From positions 3,434 through 67,433 of the forward strand of contig JANWXW010000079.1 of the NCBI GenBank assembly GCA_025057315.1: DNA of 64,000 bases. The letters run 5' to 3'. This document shows positions 51,941 to 62,534 of this stretch, in pieces (the first letter of the stretch is position 1; the number at the start of each line of letters is the position of its first letter). The notes under the pieces are model-generated. The model had not been told where the DNA came from. It searched no databases and saw only the letters and a program-made list of their open reading frames with translations. The position numbers and the translations under genes were made by a program. Source of the DNA: Myxococcota bacterium. GTDB taxonomy: Bacteria; Myxococcota_A; Polyangia; Palsa-1104; JAEUJZ01.

Positions 51941-54900
51941 GTGACTCCGCTGCAGCGGACGCTCGTACGTCGCGTCCTCCAGCTCTTGGCCGGCCTCATG
52001 CTGCTCTGGCTTGGGCTGTACATGGGGCTGAACGACCGGCGACTGGGTGCCCTCGTGAGCAAGGTCGTAACCGGCAGCGTGCGGGGGACCTTCCACCTGG
52101 GCTATGTCCATTATGACTACTGGAGCAGCTTTGCCTCCTTGATTCTGAACACCCCGGCTCCCGTCCGGGGGGGCGACTACGAGCTGCGTGACCCCGACGG
52201 GGCGCTGGTCCTGAGGGTGGAGCGGGTGGAGGGCGAGCTGTACATCGGCCAGCTGGTGCGCAGCCTGTTGCGGACCGCTGTCAGTGCCCCCTTCAAGCGG
52301 GGCGTGTTCGTCGACCTTCGCTTTAGCCGGGGGCGCATCACCGGCGGCCACGCCGACATCCACCCGACGGCCTCGTCGCTCCAGACCAGCCCGGACCGAC
52401 CGGAGGTCAACATCGTCGCTGCCATGTCCTCCAAGACCCCGAAGCCAGACGGCCCCGGGCGCATCCGCATCATCCTGGAGGGCGATGGCGTGGCTTTGGA
52501 GGAAGTGCAGCTGCGGATGAGCATGGGGTCCTGGCTCGCACAACTGGACGGCGTGGGCGGTGTGGCCACCCTGCGCTTCTCGTCGGCGTCCAGCGAGACC
52601 CGTCCGGGCAGGCCGGCCTTTGTCTTCAGCGTGATGCCGCTTCGTGCCCGCAGCGGCGAGCTGGTGCTGGCTCCCCCGCCGGCCGACCTGCCCCCGGACC
52701 GCCCCAACCCGTTCGCTTTCTCGCTGCGCGACATCGACCTGCGCCACTTCCGTGCACGCCCCAGCCAGCCCCAGGAGCTGACCTTCCGTGGCCGGGTCCA
52801 CGTGGCCCCGATTGCAGCAAGGACGAATGGGCCGCAAGAAGCGCTCTTTGAATTGAGAGGAAAACTTCTCGATTCGTTTTGCGATGCAGGTGTTGATCTA
52901 GAGATCAGCTTCCGCGATGCCGGCTCCCTGCTGGCACAGATCAGCAGCGGCATGCTCTTTGGCCCGGCGCGCGGTCGCCTGCACATCTACGGCCCCTTCT
53001 CGCAGGCCCAGCCCACCTTACCAGATGGTCGCCCACATCCCTGCCTGGCCGAGCGCCGCTCGCCCTACCTGCCCAGCAGCGATGAGCGAACCGTGATCAT
53101 CGAGGGCAACGTGGCGGACGTGGAAGCGCAGGCCGCAGGTATCCACCTGACCGAGGCCAGCTCCCAGCTCAGACTGGCCCACGGGGTCCTCCTACTGCCC
53201 CTGGTCACGGCCGAGGCACTCGGGGGGCAGGTGCAGATGGAGCCGCTGCGGATCACCTTCGGCCGCAACCTTCAGTACTGGGCCCAAGTGCGCGCGCAGG
53301 GCACAGACCCTGCCCAGGTGCGCTCGCTTCCACCGTCGCTGCGATCTTTGCTGGCCGGGCGGCTCTCGGGTGGAGTACGAATCCATGGTGCCCTGGACAC
53401 CCAGCGGGGCGGCGAGCGCATCAGGTTCGCCAACCTGGACGTTATGCTTGCGCGCGAGCAGGCCCGAGACCCGTGGCCACGCGAGGTCAACCTAAGGGGG
53501 GACGTGGTCTATAGCCCAGCTCAGGTTACGCTGCGCGGCATGCACCTGGAGGGGGAGGGACTGCGGCTGGAGATTCCCGAAGGATACATTGCGCCCCGAA
53601 GTGGCCGCCTGCGACTGGAGGACGTGTCGCTGGCAGGGGGACCGGTGGCCTCCCGGCTGATCCAGCGCCTCGGCCTCCCAGCAACGGTGGAGGGCTTTGC
53701 AGCAAGGCTCAGGGTGGGTGGCTCCCTGCACAACCCGGTCATCGACCGGGGAGCGCTGGCCGCCCAGGGGCTTACAATCGCCGGACGGCGCATCGACGAG
53801 CTGGCGGCAGGCTTCAGCCTGCAGGACGGCACGTTCCATTTGCAGGATGTGCAGGCACACGGCCTGGGCGGAAGCGCCAGCGCCAGCGGATCGCTCGGGC
53901 TCTTCCGCGGCAGCGTCGACAACCTGCTGTCGGATCCACCGCTGGCTTTGCAAGCGCGCGTGGACGGCGTGACGAGCACAGAGCTGCTGCGCTCGCCTCT
54001 GGTGTCCGGCTCCCTATCGGGGGGGGTACAGATCGCGGGCACGCTGCTCCGACCGACCGGGAGCACATCTGTAGTGGCCAGTCACCTCAAGGTGCTCGGG
54101 GTGCCGGTACATGACATGGTGCTGGACCTGGAGCTGCGGCCAGGCTGGTTCCTGCTCAATTCGCTCTATGCAGCGCTGGGCCACCAGGGGCTCTTCAATG
54201 GCAGCGCCCAGGTTGGTCGCGAGGGCAACATGCCGATGCATGTGACGCTCAGCCCGCACCGCCTGCAGCTCCGCGATGTGCCGGGCATGCACCTGCTCCC
54301 CTATGAGCTGTCCGGCGAGGTGACAGGCAGCCTGGAGGTGCACGGCACGGTCCGCCCGCTCCGCCCCGTGCTCGAAGGGGAGATCCTGCTGAACGACTTC
54401 GGAGTCAGGGGGAGGCCGCTGGCCAGCTTGTCCAGTCCGCCGGGAGAGCCGATGGAGCCGCAGGCCCTCTTCCGCTTGCTGCATGTGACCGTTCGCAGCC
54501 TGACCCTGGGCCACGCGGCACTGCACTTCCGGCCTGCAGGAGAGGCGACCCTCATCTCGGGGACCCTGTTTGATACGTTCGACCTGGACGGCCGCGTCTA
54601 TCTGGACCCGCTCGACCCGCACGGCGAGGTGACCTTGCGCTTCGGCTGCCACGATGGCGAGAACCCTGGCCCCTCGGCGCGGCCGCGGGACTGCGATTTT
54701 CTGGTGCAACGACTCTTGCCTGATCTGCAGCAACTTGGCGACGTAGAACTGCGCACCAGCGGTTCGCTGCAGCTGCGGTTCGGCCACACGCCGCTACCTG
54801 GAGGCCAGCTCGCCGTGCAGGCCACGCTGCGGCTGAGCCGCGTCCTGCTGACGGTAAAGACCGTCGATGACGAAGGCACCGAGCAGTGGTACCGGGTGTT

Positions 54901-56857
54901 CAACGACGGCGAGGTGATCCTCACCTCCGATGGACAAACGCATCGCTTCCAGCAGGCGCGCTTCCTCTCTGAACGGAGCGGGGGCCCCAGCGCAGATGTG
55001 CAGAGCCGGGGGGAGGTGGCCCTGTGGGGGCACGTGGGTCAGGCTGACAGCAACCTCGTGCTGCGCGGGCAGCTGGGGCTGGAGCTGATCGAGCGGCTGC
55101 TGCGGTCCCGCTTCCGGCGCACCCGGGGCATGGCACGGATGGACGTGCGTCTGCACGGGCCGATCGACCGGCCCCTGGCTGAGGGCACCGTCGAGTTGCG
55201 CAACGTCGAGCTGGTTCCCTACGATATGGACACGACGTTCCACCTGGTATCGGCACGGCTGGTGCTAGGCCCGCAGCGAGCTGAGGTCCGCGACTTCGCC
55301 CTCCGCGTCGATGGAGGCCTGCTGCAAGGCAGAGGCGAGGGAGAGCTGGTCAGCCTGGCGCCGCCCCGCGTGGGCCGCATCGATCTTCACCTCGACGGGG
55401 CTGTCGCCGGACGCTTGTTGCAGTGGTACTTTCCTCGCAACCTGTCGGACGCTGGCGGCCAGGTGGCGGTCCACCGGCTCCACATCCACGGCACCCTGGA
55501 TGCCCCTCGTCTCGACGGTTCGCTCAGCCTGGGCGGACTCTATGTGAACATTCGCCGGTTCCATGAGCTGCTCTTTCAGAGCGGCACCATTCGCCTCCGC
55601 TCACACGGCGGTGGAGGAGGAGAGATTCTGCTCGGCTGCGGGCCCGAGCGCCGTCCGCTGGCAGGCGGAGACTGTCAGGCGGTGCAGGCAACCGTCGATG
55701 GCGACGGGCACGTGTCGCTAAGCGGCGAGATCCTCCACTCCGGCCTGCAGAGCCTGGGCCGGCCCGATTGGTACCAGGCCCTGGACCGTGTCGACATCGG
55801 CGTGCGCCTCACGAACGTACGCCACAGCACACCCGGTGTGTACCATGTGGAGCTTACCACCGCCGTCCCGCTGCAGCTTCTGGGCAGCCGCGAGCGCGTC
55901 ACCCTGTCCGGAAAGATCGACGTCGTTTCCGGACGGTACACCCAGCCCTTCGAGCTGAGCGAGCGCTTTCTGGCACGCCGCGTGGTGGAGGAGGAAGAGC
56001 CCTTCTGGCAGGGGGATCCCTTCCTTTCCTCTCGCCTGATCCTCGATCTCGGCATCGTGACCCGGGGCAACCTGCAGGTGCTCAACAACATCGCCGACCT
56101 GCGGCTGTCCAGCAGCGACTTTAGCCTGTCAGGCCCGCTGAGCGACCTGCGCATGGGAGGGGTCGTCCGCGTCGACAGCGGTAGGTTCAGCATCCCCGGT
56201 GTCCGGGGGGAGTTTACGGTCAAGGGCGACAGCAAGCTGGAGTTTTCCCGCGACCAGGCCTGGCCGGAGACTCCCTGGGTGGATGTGCGCGGCACCAACG
56301 TGCCGTTTGACCGTGCCGATGAGCAGCGCAACATCGAGCTGGCACTGCGAGGCAAGGTTTCCGAGCTCAAGATCGAGTGCATCAGCTCAGATGGCATGAA
56401 TGCCAGCGATTGTGCGTCCTACCTGCTGCTAGGTGGGACGGCAGCGGACCTGCGCCGCTCCCTGGCCGCAGGCCCTGGTGCCGGCTCCTCACGCACGTTG
56501 GCCTACAGCGACAACGCCGCCAAGCTCATCACCCAGGAGCTGCTGACGCGCCAGCTGGCAGACCCGCTGCGCCAGAAGCTCAGGCTTGACCTGGTGCGCA
56601 TCCAGTTCGGCGTGAGCACCTTCGATTTGCAGCTCTGCAAGCGGTTCGGGCTGTATCTGCGCGCCTGCGGCCTGGCCGAATGGGGCCTGCTGGCTGCCAC
56701 AGCTGCGCGCTACCGGGCCTACGGGGAGCTTCAGCTCTCCGACTACACCGTCGGACAAGTGAGCTTCGATCGGCTGGAACGCGGCTTCGATCTGCTCCAG
56801 GACACCATCAACCGCTTCAAGCTGCAGGTGGGGCTGCGGCTCCCGTTCCGCTTCTAG
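51941..56857 (+). CDS. TamB/AsmA-family giant inner-membrane-anchored protein (~1640 aa)
   Basis: N-terminal TM anchor (LQLLAGLMLLWLGLYMG) followed by a very long beta-rich region and a DUF490-like C-terminus. The track ORF begins at 51851, only 14 nt from the polA start. A GTG at 51941 is a more plausible start. Confidence 0.6.
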   Translation: MTPLQRTLVRRVLQLLAGLMLLWLGLYMGLNDRRLGALVSKVVTGSVRGTFHLGYVHYDYWSSFASLILNTPAPVRGGDYELRDPDGALVLRVERVEGELYIGQLVRSLLRTAVSAPFKRGVFVDLRFSRGRITGGHADIHPTASSLQTSPDRPEVNIVAAMSSKTPKPDGPGRIRIILEGDGVALEEVQLRMSMGSWLAQLDGVGGVATLRFSSASSETRPGRPAFVFSVMPLRARSGELVLAPPPADLPPDRPNPFAFSLRDIDLRHFRARPSQPQELTFRGRVHVAPIAARTNGPQEALFELRGKLLDSFCDAGVDLEISFRDAGSLLAQISSGMLFGPARGRLHIYGPFSQAQPTLPDGRPHPCLAERRSPYLPSSDERTVIIEGNVADVEAQAAGIHLTEASSQLRLAHGVLLLPLVTAEALGGQVQMEPLRITFGRNLQYWAQVRAQGTDPAQVRSLPPSLRSLLAGRLSGGVRIHGALDTQRGGERIRFANLDVMLAREQARDPWPREVNLRGDVVYSPAQVTLRGMHLEGEGLRLEIPEGYIAPRSGRLRLEDVSLAGGPVASRLIQRLGLPATVEGFAARLRVGGSLHNPVIDRGALAAQGLTIAGRRIDELAAGFSLQDGTFHLQDVQAHGLGGSASASGSLGLFRGSVDNLLSDPPLALQARVDGVTSTELLRSPLVSGSLSGGVQIAGTLLRPTGSTSVVASHLKVLGVPVHDMVLDLELRPGWFLLNSLYAALGHQGLFNGSAQVGREGNMPMHVTLSPHRLQLRDVPGMHLLPYELSGEVTGSLEVHGTVRPLRPVLEGEILLNDFGVRGRPLASLSSPPGEPMEPQALFRLLHVTVRSLTLGHAALHFRPAGEATLISGTLFDTFDLDGRVYLDPLDPHGEVTLRFGCHDGENPGPSARPRDCDFLVQRLLPDLQQLGDVELRTSGSLQLRFGHTPLPGGQLAVQATLRLSRVLLTVKTVDDEGTEQWYRVFNDGEVILTSDGQTHRFQQARFLSERSGGPSADVQSRGEVALWGHVGQADSNLVLRGQLGLELIERLLRSRFRRTRGMARMDVRLHGPIDRPLAEGTVELRNVELVPYDMDTTFHLVSARLVLGPQRAEVRDFALRVDGGLLQGRGEGELVSLAPPRVGRIDLHLDGAVAGRLLQWYFPRNLSDAGGQVAVHRLHIHGTLDAPRLDGSLSLGGLYVNIRRFHELLFQSGTIRLRSHGGGGGEILLGCGPERRPLAGGDCQAVQATVDGDGHVSLSGEILHSGLQSLGRPDWYQALDRVDIGVRLTNVRHSTPGVYHVELTTAVPLQLLGSRERVTLSGKIDVVSGRYTQPFELSERFLARRVVEEEEPFWQGDPFLSSRLILDLGIVTRGNLQVLNNIADLRLSSSDFSLSGPLSDLRMGGVVRVDSGRFSIPGVRGEFTVKGDSKLEFSRDQAWPETPWVDVRGTNVPFDRADEQRNIELALRGKVSELKIECISSDGMNASDCASYLLLGGTAADLRRSLAAGPGAGSSRTLAYSDNAAKLITQELLTRQLADPLRQKLRLDLVRIQFGVSTFDLQLCKRFGLYLRACGLAEWGLLAATAARYRAYGELQLSDYTVGQVSFDRLERGFDLLQDTINRFKLQVGLRLPFRF

Positions 56858-56885
56858 GGACCCGCGAAACAGAGCCACCCCCGCG

Positions 56886-57590
56886 CTACTTCTTGGGCGT
56901 CAGGGGCGTACCAGGCGTAGGCCGGTTGCCAGACGAGACGCTTGAGATGGCGTGCTGGCCGGTGGTGCGGGGCGCCGCCGGCGACAGGATGGCAGAGCTT
57001 GGAAGATCCAGCGGTGTGCTGTCGCTACGAGCCCGGGACGAGTCAATACGGGCCTGCTGCAAGTCGTTGCGCAGAGGGGGAGGCGCGGTGGAAGGGCGGG
57101 CATCGACCGAAGCCCCAGGTCGCGTCTGGGCTGGGGCCTGCGAGAGGCGTTCGGCCGCCAACAGGCGCTCCCTCACCTGGACGATCTCGCGACAGTCGGC
57201 ATCCAGCCGCGCGATCTCCTCGCGTCGAATCTGGATCTCGTGATCTAGCTCCGCGATTTCCTCCTTCAGGGTCGCGATGCGCGTCTCGATCTCGCTCTGC
57301 TTTTGGTTTGCGTCCTCGACAATGGTCTCGACGCGGATGCCAAGCGAGGCCAGGGTCTTTTTGACCACGTGCACCACCAGCTCCCCGTTGTCCGAAGGCA
57401 GCCCCCGCATCAGCTCGATGGCCTGGCGGATGCCGTAGGCCGGCTCGGGTGGCGCAGGGGCGGGGGAGGCAGCCGTAGCCCCTGCCGGTGTGGCTTTCTG
57501 TGTGCTGGGGGCGGACGGTTCGGCGGTGGGCTGGTCAGCGCTCTTCTTCTTGTCAAACAGACCCATGCGCGTCTCCACAGGGAGGTCCAA
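56886..57590 (-). CDS. hypothetical coiled-coil protein with disordered Pro/Ala-rich C-terminus
   Basis: 234-aa ORF with good codon usage. The alternative start MGLFDKKKS has a GGAGA SD. Confidence 0.5.
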   Translation of the reverse strand: MDLPVETRMGLFDKKKSADQPTAEPSAPSTQKATPAGATAASPAPAPPEPAYGIRQAIELMRGLPSDNGELVVHVVKKTLASLGIRVETIVEDANQKQSEIETRIATLKEEIAELDHEIQIRREEIARLDADCREIVQVRERLLAAERLSQAPAQTRPGASVDARPSTAPPPLRNDLQQARIDSSRARSDSTPLDLPSSAILSPAAPRTTGQHAISSVSSGNRPTPGTPLTPKK

Positions 57591-57831
57591 GCTGGGAGGA
57601 TCTGCTGACCTGCATGAGCAAATCCTCCTGTATATAACTTAACATAAAAATTCAGAGTGTTGTTCCCCCGTTGGGCTTTGCCGTGCAGGGGGACACCCCC
57701 TTTTGCAGAGGGAACAGATGCACCGTCTGCCCGGGCCCAGCGGTGGGGTCGCCGTCACCGCCGCTGTCCAGCCGGTGCGCAGATCGCCTCCAGGGCTGCG
57801 GCCGGGGGCAGGCATCTGGTATCGTGAGTCG

Positions 57832-58260
57832 ATGCCATATTTATGGATCAAAGCCTTCCACGTGGTTTTCGTCGTCGCCTGGTTTGCAGGTCTATTTTAC
57901 CTGCCGAGGCTGTATGCCTATCACACCCGCCACCGCGAGCAGCCGGCCATGGCGCAGGTCTTTATGGAGATGGAGCGCAAGCTGCTGCGCATCATCATGG
58001 ATCCGGCTCTGGGGCTGACGCTGGTCTTGGGCATCGCGCTGCTGGTTCTGTCGCCCCACCTGCTGCGGCAGGGCTGGATGCACGCCAAGCTGACCGTGGT
58101 CCTGCTGCTCATCGGCTACCATGTTTTGCTCGCCCTGAGCCGGCGCCGGCTGGCGCGCGGGGACTACTTTTTGTCCGAGCGGGCGTGGCGGGCGCTGAAC
58201 GAGGTGCCCACGCTGCTCCTGATCGCCGCCGTGGTCCTGGTCATCGTCCGGCCGTTCTGA
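57832..58260 (+). CDS. hemJ: protoporphyrinogen IX oxidase HemJ (UPF0093 membrane protein)
   Basis: N-terminus MPYLWIKAFHVVFVVAWFAGLFYLPRLYAYH matches the HemJ signature. Four predicted TM helices, ~142 aa. Confidence 0.8.
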   Translation: MPYLWIKAFHVVFVVAWFAGLFYLPRLYAYHTRHREQPAMAQVFMEMERKLLRIIMDPALGLTLVLGIALLVLSPHLLRQGWMHAKLTVVLLLIGYHVLLALSRRRLARGDYFLSERAWRALNEVPTLLLIAAVVLVIVRPF

Positions 58261-59755
58261 GCCGGTTCTGCAGGGCAGCCGCGTCGCTTACGATCTCCAG
58301 GGCACGGTCGCGGCGCTCCTGTCGCGACAGCAAGATCGCCTCGTTTACGATCTGGTGGCGGTGCAGCACGTCCAGGTAATCCAGCTCCACCTCTGTCGAG
58401 GGCAGGATGAACACGCCATACAGGTAGGCCACCCTCGCCAGCGCTTGCACCACCTCCCGCGGCAGGTGACACTGACCATGGGTGATGATGTACACTACGA
58501 TCTGGCGCCGCTCTTCCCGGTGCAACCGTTGCAGCTCCACCAGAAGCTGCCGGAACACCCGACTGTAGTTGCGCCCGCGGTCGGAGCGGTAGCACAGTAG
58601 ATACGGTGTGGCATAGTCGGCGCCGGTGCGGCTCACACGCACCAGGTCCGATAAACGGGCCGCGAACAGGCGCAGCCACACCTCCTCGCCGGCCAAGGCC
58701 AGCTTCTTGCACAGCGTCAGCGCCAGCCCGCGGGCAAACACCTGCCGCAGGCCCCGCATGGAGGGCGAGGCATCGACCAAGACGTACTGCAGCCGCCGCT
58801 CCTCGTCTCGCTGCTTCTCATGCCCGTAGTAATAAAGTTCTCCCTCAGCAAATTTGAGCTCGAATAGCTCATCCTCATAGGCCAGCTCGCTCAGAACCAT
58901 AGAATCAAGGTTGCCGCGGCGCTCAATGGAGGCATAGCCGTCGGTCGAGAACGTCTGCACACCGGTGGCTCGCCGCGTCTCCAGCACGGACGGCAGCAGG
59001 TCCCATGAGAAGCTTGCCACATCGTTGCTTTCGGTCGACTGGAACACCGCATACAGGTCCACCAGGTCCAGTTGTCCGCCGGCCACACCCGGGTGGAGGC
59101 CCGCCTCCAGCAGCCCCTCCTCGACATGCTGACCCAGCGGCGTGAAGATGCTGAGCAGCCGCACCGTATCTGGGTCAATCTGCTCCAACGCGGTCTGCAC
59201 CGACAGAGACTGAGGCGGCGACACGAGAAAGCGCAGGAAGCTGAGCAGCCCCTCCCGGGGGAAGTCAGTGAAGTGCCGGACCAGATCCGCCTCCTCGTAG
59301 AGCCGCGGGTCCAGGGGCAGCTCGCCCACCACGACCCGCCGGGCGGGATCGGGAAAGCGGTGGAAGACATCGCCCAGCACCCGCAGCAGCAGGACCGCCA
59401 CCAGCTCGTCGCGCAGACGCCAGCCGGAGATTCGGGTGACGACCTCGCTGGCAGCAATGGCCCTCAGCAGCGCCTCGTACTGCTGCAGGTGTCCGCGCAC
59501 CTCGCGCGCCAGACGCAGCTCGGCCAGCACCTCCTCCCGGGGCCCGATGCGGGGCTCGGACGATCTGGGCATCGTTAAAAGCAAGCCCACGTCGTGGACC
59601 AAAAACAGCGGCAGCGGCACACCCAGACGGGCCAGCGTGTTGTGCCAGGCGGCGGCCCGCACCCGTGCCATCGGCGCCTCGGACTGGACATGCGACAGGG
59701 CCAAGGTCCCCACCTGCTGGGCCAGATACCCCTGCTGCCGCTCGGGCGGAATCAT
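58241..59755 (-). CDS. hypothetical protein with C-terminal VWA-like domain (504 aa)
   Basis: Segment YVLVDASPSMRG...VYIITHGQ resembles a VWA MIDAS (DxSxS) plus downstream strand motifs. The start overlaps the upstream receiver gene stop (ATGA). Confidence 0.6.
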   Translation of the reverse strand: MIPPERQQGYLAQQVGTLALSHVQSEAPMARVRAAAWHNTLARLGVPLPLFLVHDVGLLLTMPRSSEPRIGPREEVLAELRLAREVRGHLQQYEALLRAIAASEVVTRISGWRLRDELVAVLLLRVLGDVFHRFPDPARRVVVGELPLDPRLYEEADLVRHFTDFPREGLLSFLRFLVSPPQSLSVQTALEQIDPDTVRLLSIFTPLGQHVEEGLLEAGLHPGVAGGQLDLVDLYAVFQSTESNDVASFSWDLLPSVLETRRATGVQTFSTDGYASIERRGNLDSMVLSELAYEDELFELKFAEGELYYYGHEKQRDEERRLQYVLVDASPSMRGLRQVFARGLALTLCKKLALAGEEVWLRLFAARLSDLVRVSRTGADYATPYLLCYRSDRGRNYSRVFRQLLVELQRLHREERRQIVVYIITHGQCHLPREVVQALARVAYLYGVFILPSTEVELDYLDVLHRHQIVNEAILLSRQERRDRALEIVSDAAALQNRLRTAGR

Positions 59756-60114
59756 CGGAGCCGCCGATCCAGCCGCTGCTGGTCGAGCAGGCGGTGCAGG
59801 TAGGCACGCAGGTGGGTCTTGGGGACGGCGTCATCGGCGCCGGCAGCGAGCATGCGCTCGTTGTCCTGTGGGTCGGAGGAGATGCCGACGATGCGCAGGG
59901 GCCCCAGGTCGCTGGCAGCGCGCAGTCGCGCCACGGCCTCCGCACCCGACAGCGCCGAGTCCATCGAGAAGTCCATCAGGATGACGTCGGGGCGTTCGCG
60001 CCGTACGACCTCCACTGCATCATCGGCGTGCTCGTGAAAGGACAGCTCCAGCCCGGCCATCGAGTAGCTCGGCTGCCGCCGGCAGAGCACGTCGTCGAAG
60101 ATGACCACCTTCAT
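59752..60114 (-). CDS. single-domain response regulator receiver (CheY-like)
   Basis: MKVVIFDD (acidic pair), DVILMDFSMD (phospho-acceptor Asp), GISSD (Ser/Thr) and PK (Lys) are all in canonical spacing. The track ORF is extended upstream. Confidence 0.7.
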   Translation of the reverse strand: MKVVIFDDVLCRRQPSYSMAGLELSFHEHADDAVEVVRRERPDVILMDFSMDSALSGAEAVARLRAASDLGPLRIVGISSDPQDNERMLAAGADDAVPKTHLRAYLHRLLDQQRLDRRLR

Positions 60115-60127
60115 GGCACGCGGGGCA

Positions 60128-60961
60128 TCAGGGCAAGAACTTGCCCCCGGGCGGAAAGCTGCCCGTCTGCCATGATGATAGCAGGTCCATCGACCAGGCG
60201 ACCAAGACGTGGATGAGCACCCCCCACCAGATGGTGCCGGTACGTAGCGCCAGCGTCCCCAGCACCACGCCGGCCACGATCGCACCAAGGGACTCGGCCG
60301 CGGGCTTGAGGTAGTGGAGCATGCAATAGGGCACCACCATGACAAAAATGGCCAGGCTGCCCATCGTCCGCGCCAACCCAAAGAGCAGGTAGCCGCGGAA
60401 GAAAAACTCCACCGTCAGGAACGTGGCACCGTATTGCAGCTCCCAGGCGAGAAAATCAAACCAGCTTCGCCCCGCCTGCCGATAAAAGGGGTACGTTTGT
60501 TGAAAGGGCCGCGTAAAGCTTGCTAGCACCACCAAGGGCAGCACCCCCAGCAGCAAGACCAGATACACCCACTTGCCCACCCCGGCCCCGGACGGCGGGT
60601 TGTGCCGCCGGCGCAGTGGCATGCCCCAGTCCGCCAGGCGCCCCCCGAGCAGGCGTACATGGAGCATCGGCACCAGCAGAAAGCCCAGGAACTTGGCCGC
60701 CGACCACCAGGTAAAGGCCATCAGGTCCAGGTAGCGGCCCAGGCGCGGATGCGCGGCCACCGTCTGGCCCAGCACCTGGTGAAAGTAGGGCCGGTCGCCC
60801 CAGTACCACTGGAAGGTCAGGATGATCGCCGACAGCACCAGCACCTGCGCCGCCTGGCGGTGGCGGGCGAGAGGCCCTTCCCCCTGCTGTCGCGCCAGCT
60901 GGGCATCGATGGCGTTCCAGCTTTCTGGGAACCAGGCTAGCACACGCTCCAGGGGCGTCAT
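60128..60961 (-). CDS. CPBP-family intramembrane glutamic endopeptidase (CAAX protease/Abi-like)
   Basis: Motif TVEFFFRGYLLFGL (the EExxxR core of the CPBP family), a second His motif, and a polytopic membrane profile. Confidence 0.75.
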   Translation of the reverse strand: MTPLERVLAWFPESWNAIDAQLARQQGEGPLARHRQAAQVLVLSAIILTFQWYWGDRPYFHQVLGQTVAAHPRLGRYLDLMAFTWWSAAKFLGFLLVPMLHVRLLGGRLADWGMPLRRRHNPPSGAGVGKWVYLVLLLGVLPLVVLASFTRPFQQTYPFYRQAGRSWFDFLAWELQYGATFLTVEFFFRGYLLFGLARTMGSLAIFVMVVPYCMLHYLKPAAESLGAIVAGVVLGTLALRTGTIWWGVLIHVLVAWSMDLLSSWQTGSFPPGGKFLP

Positions 60962-60967
60962 GGCCCC

Positions 60968-62443
60968 TCAGACCGACCGGGATGCCGACAGCAGCTGCGC
61001 CGCCAACCGCAGGCGCCGCCGGCACAGATCTTTACCGACAACCTCCATCGTATCAAACAGCGGCGGCGCTGCCGTCCGACCGGTCAGCGCCACCCGCACC
61101 GCAGAGAACAGCTCCTTCGTCTTCCAGCCGATGCGCTCACAGAAGGTGCGGCATGCCGGCTCCAAGGCTTCGCGGCTCCACGCGCCCCGCACCTCCACCT
61201 CCAGGTGCTCCACCAGCTCCTCCAGCACCTGTGCGGTCTGCGCCGCATCCCGCCCCCGGGGCACGAGCTGGGCCGGATCGAGCTGCTCCAGATCGCCGGC
61301 AAAGAAGTAGGCGGCCATCGGTATAAACTGGTCCAGCCGCTCGATGCGCTCCCGCAGGAGCGGCAGTACCCGTCGCAGATACTCATCTCCCAGCCGCCAG
61401 GCACGCAGCCGCTGGAGCAGTTCCTCATGGCTCATCTCGCGCAGGTACAGCCCGTTGAGCCAAGACAGCTTCCTCAGGTCGAAGACCGGTCCCCCGGTGC
61501 CGACGCGGCTCCAGTCAAAGGCCTCGATCATCTCGCTGAGGGAAAACTTTTCCCGCCCCCCGCCGAAGGAAAACCCCATCAAGGCCAGAAAATTGAGCAG
61601 CGCCTCGGGGAAGATGCCCGTGTCGCGATAGTAGTCTAGCGATACCGGGTTTTTGCGCTTGGAGATCTTGGAGCGGTCGGCGTTGCGCAGCAGCGGCATG
61701 TGATAAAAGGCCGGCGGCTCCCAGCCAAAGGCCTCGTAGAGCAGCAGGTGCTTGGGCGTCGAGATGATCCACTCCTCGGCGCGGACCACATGGCTGATGC
61801 CCATCAAGTGGTCATCCACCACGTTGGCCAGGTGGTAGGTGGGCAGTCCGTCCGACTTGAGCAGCACCTGATCGTCGATGGTGGCATTGTCCACCGCGAT
61901 GCGTCCGCGCAGGCCATCGACAAAGGCTGTCGTGCCCGACTCGGGCACAGCCAGGCGCACCACATGGGGTTCCCCCGCTGCCGCGCGTCGTTTCGCCTCG
62001 TCTCGCGGTAGCCCGCGGCAGGTGCGATCGTAGCCTAGGTGGCTATCGCCGCGCGCCATGCGCTCCCGTCGCGACGCCTCTAGACGCTCCGGGGAACAAA
62101 AACACAGATAGGCCCGGCCGCGTTCCACCAGCAGCGCTGCATGCTCCTGATAGATGGCGCTCCGCTCCGACTGCCGGTAGGGCGCATGCGGACCGCCCAC
62201 ATCCGGCCCCTCGTCCCAGGACAGCCCCAACCAGCGCAGGGCACGAAGGATGGCCTCCTCGCTCTGGCGGGTGGAGCGGGCCTGATCTGTGTCCTCGATG
62301 CGCAGAATGAACTGGCCGCCGCATTTGCGGGCGAAGACGTAGTTAAACAGGGCGATGTAAGCGGTACCGACATGCGGGTCGCCCGTCGGCGATGGGGCGA
62401 TCCGCACGCGCACCGGACGGCGGGGCTGCTCCAGGTCCATCAT
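60968..62443 (-). CDS. gltX: glutamate--tRNA ligase
   Basis: HIGH-class motif [27 protein letters not shown] and KMSKS-equivalent KISKRKN. The track ORF (to 62974) carries a ~175-codon spurious N-terminal extension. Confidence 0.9.
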   Translation of the reverse strand: MMDLEQPRRPVRVRIAPSPTGDPHVGTAYIALFNYVFARKCGGQFILRIEDTDQARSTRQSEEAILRALRWLGLSWDEGPDVGGPHAPYRQSERSAIYQEHAALLVERGRAYLCFCSPERLEASRRERMARGDSHLGYDRTCRGLPRDEAKRRAAAGEPHVVRLAVPESGTTAFVDGLRGRIAVDNATIDDQVLLKSDGLPTYHLANVVDDHLMGISHVVRAEEWIISTPKHLLLYEAFGWEPPAFYHMPLLRNADRSKISKRKNPVSLDYYRDTGIFPEALLNFLALMGFSFGGGREKFSLSEMIEAFDWSRVGTGGPVFDLRKLSWLNGLYLREMSHEELLQRLRAWRLGDEYLRRVLPLLRERIERLDQFIPMAAYFFAGDLEQLDPAQLVPRGRDAAQTAQVLEELVEHLEVEVRGAWSREALEPACRTFCERIGWKTKELFSAVRVALTGRTAAPPLFDTMEVVGKDLCRRRLRLAAQLLSASRSV

Positions 62444-62534
62444 CTCTGCTCTTGTGGCGGCCCGTCTTAGCAGTCCCCGGCAACGGCGGTCAAGGCGACC
62501 GTGGGCTGCAACCGGCCCCTGCCTCCGGGTGGTC

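Noticed and set aside
57600-57680. AT-rich segment (tcctcctgtatataacttaacataaaaattcagagtg) between the 234-aa hypothetical gene and hemJ, including a 20-codon mini-ORF with a perfect AGGAGG SD
   Set aside because: This is most likely just the divergent promoter region. The mini-ORF is out of frame with the 234-aa protein and has no support. It is noted but not reportable as a feature.
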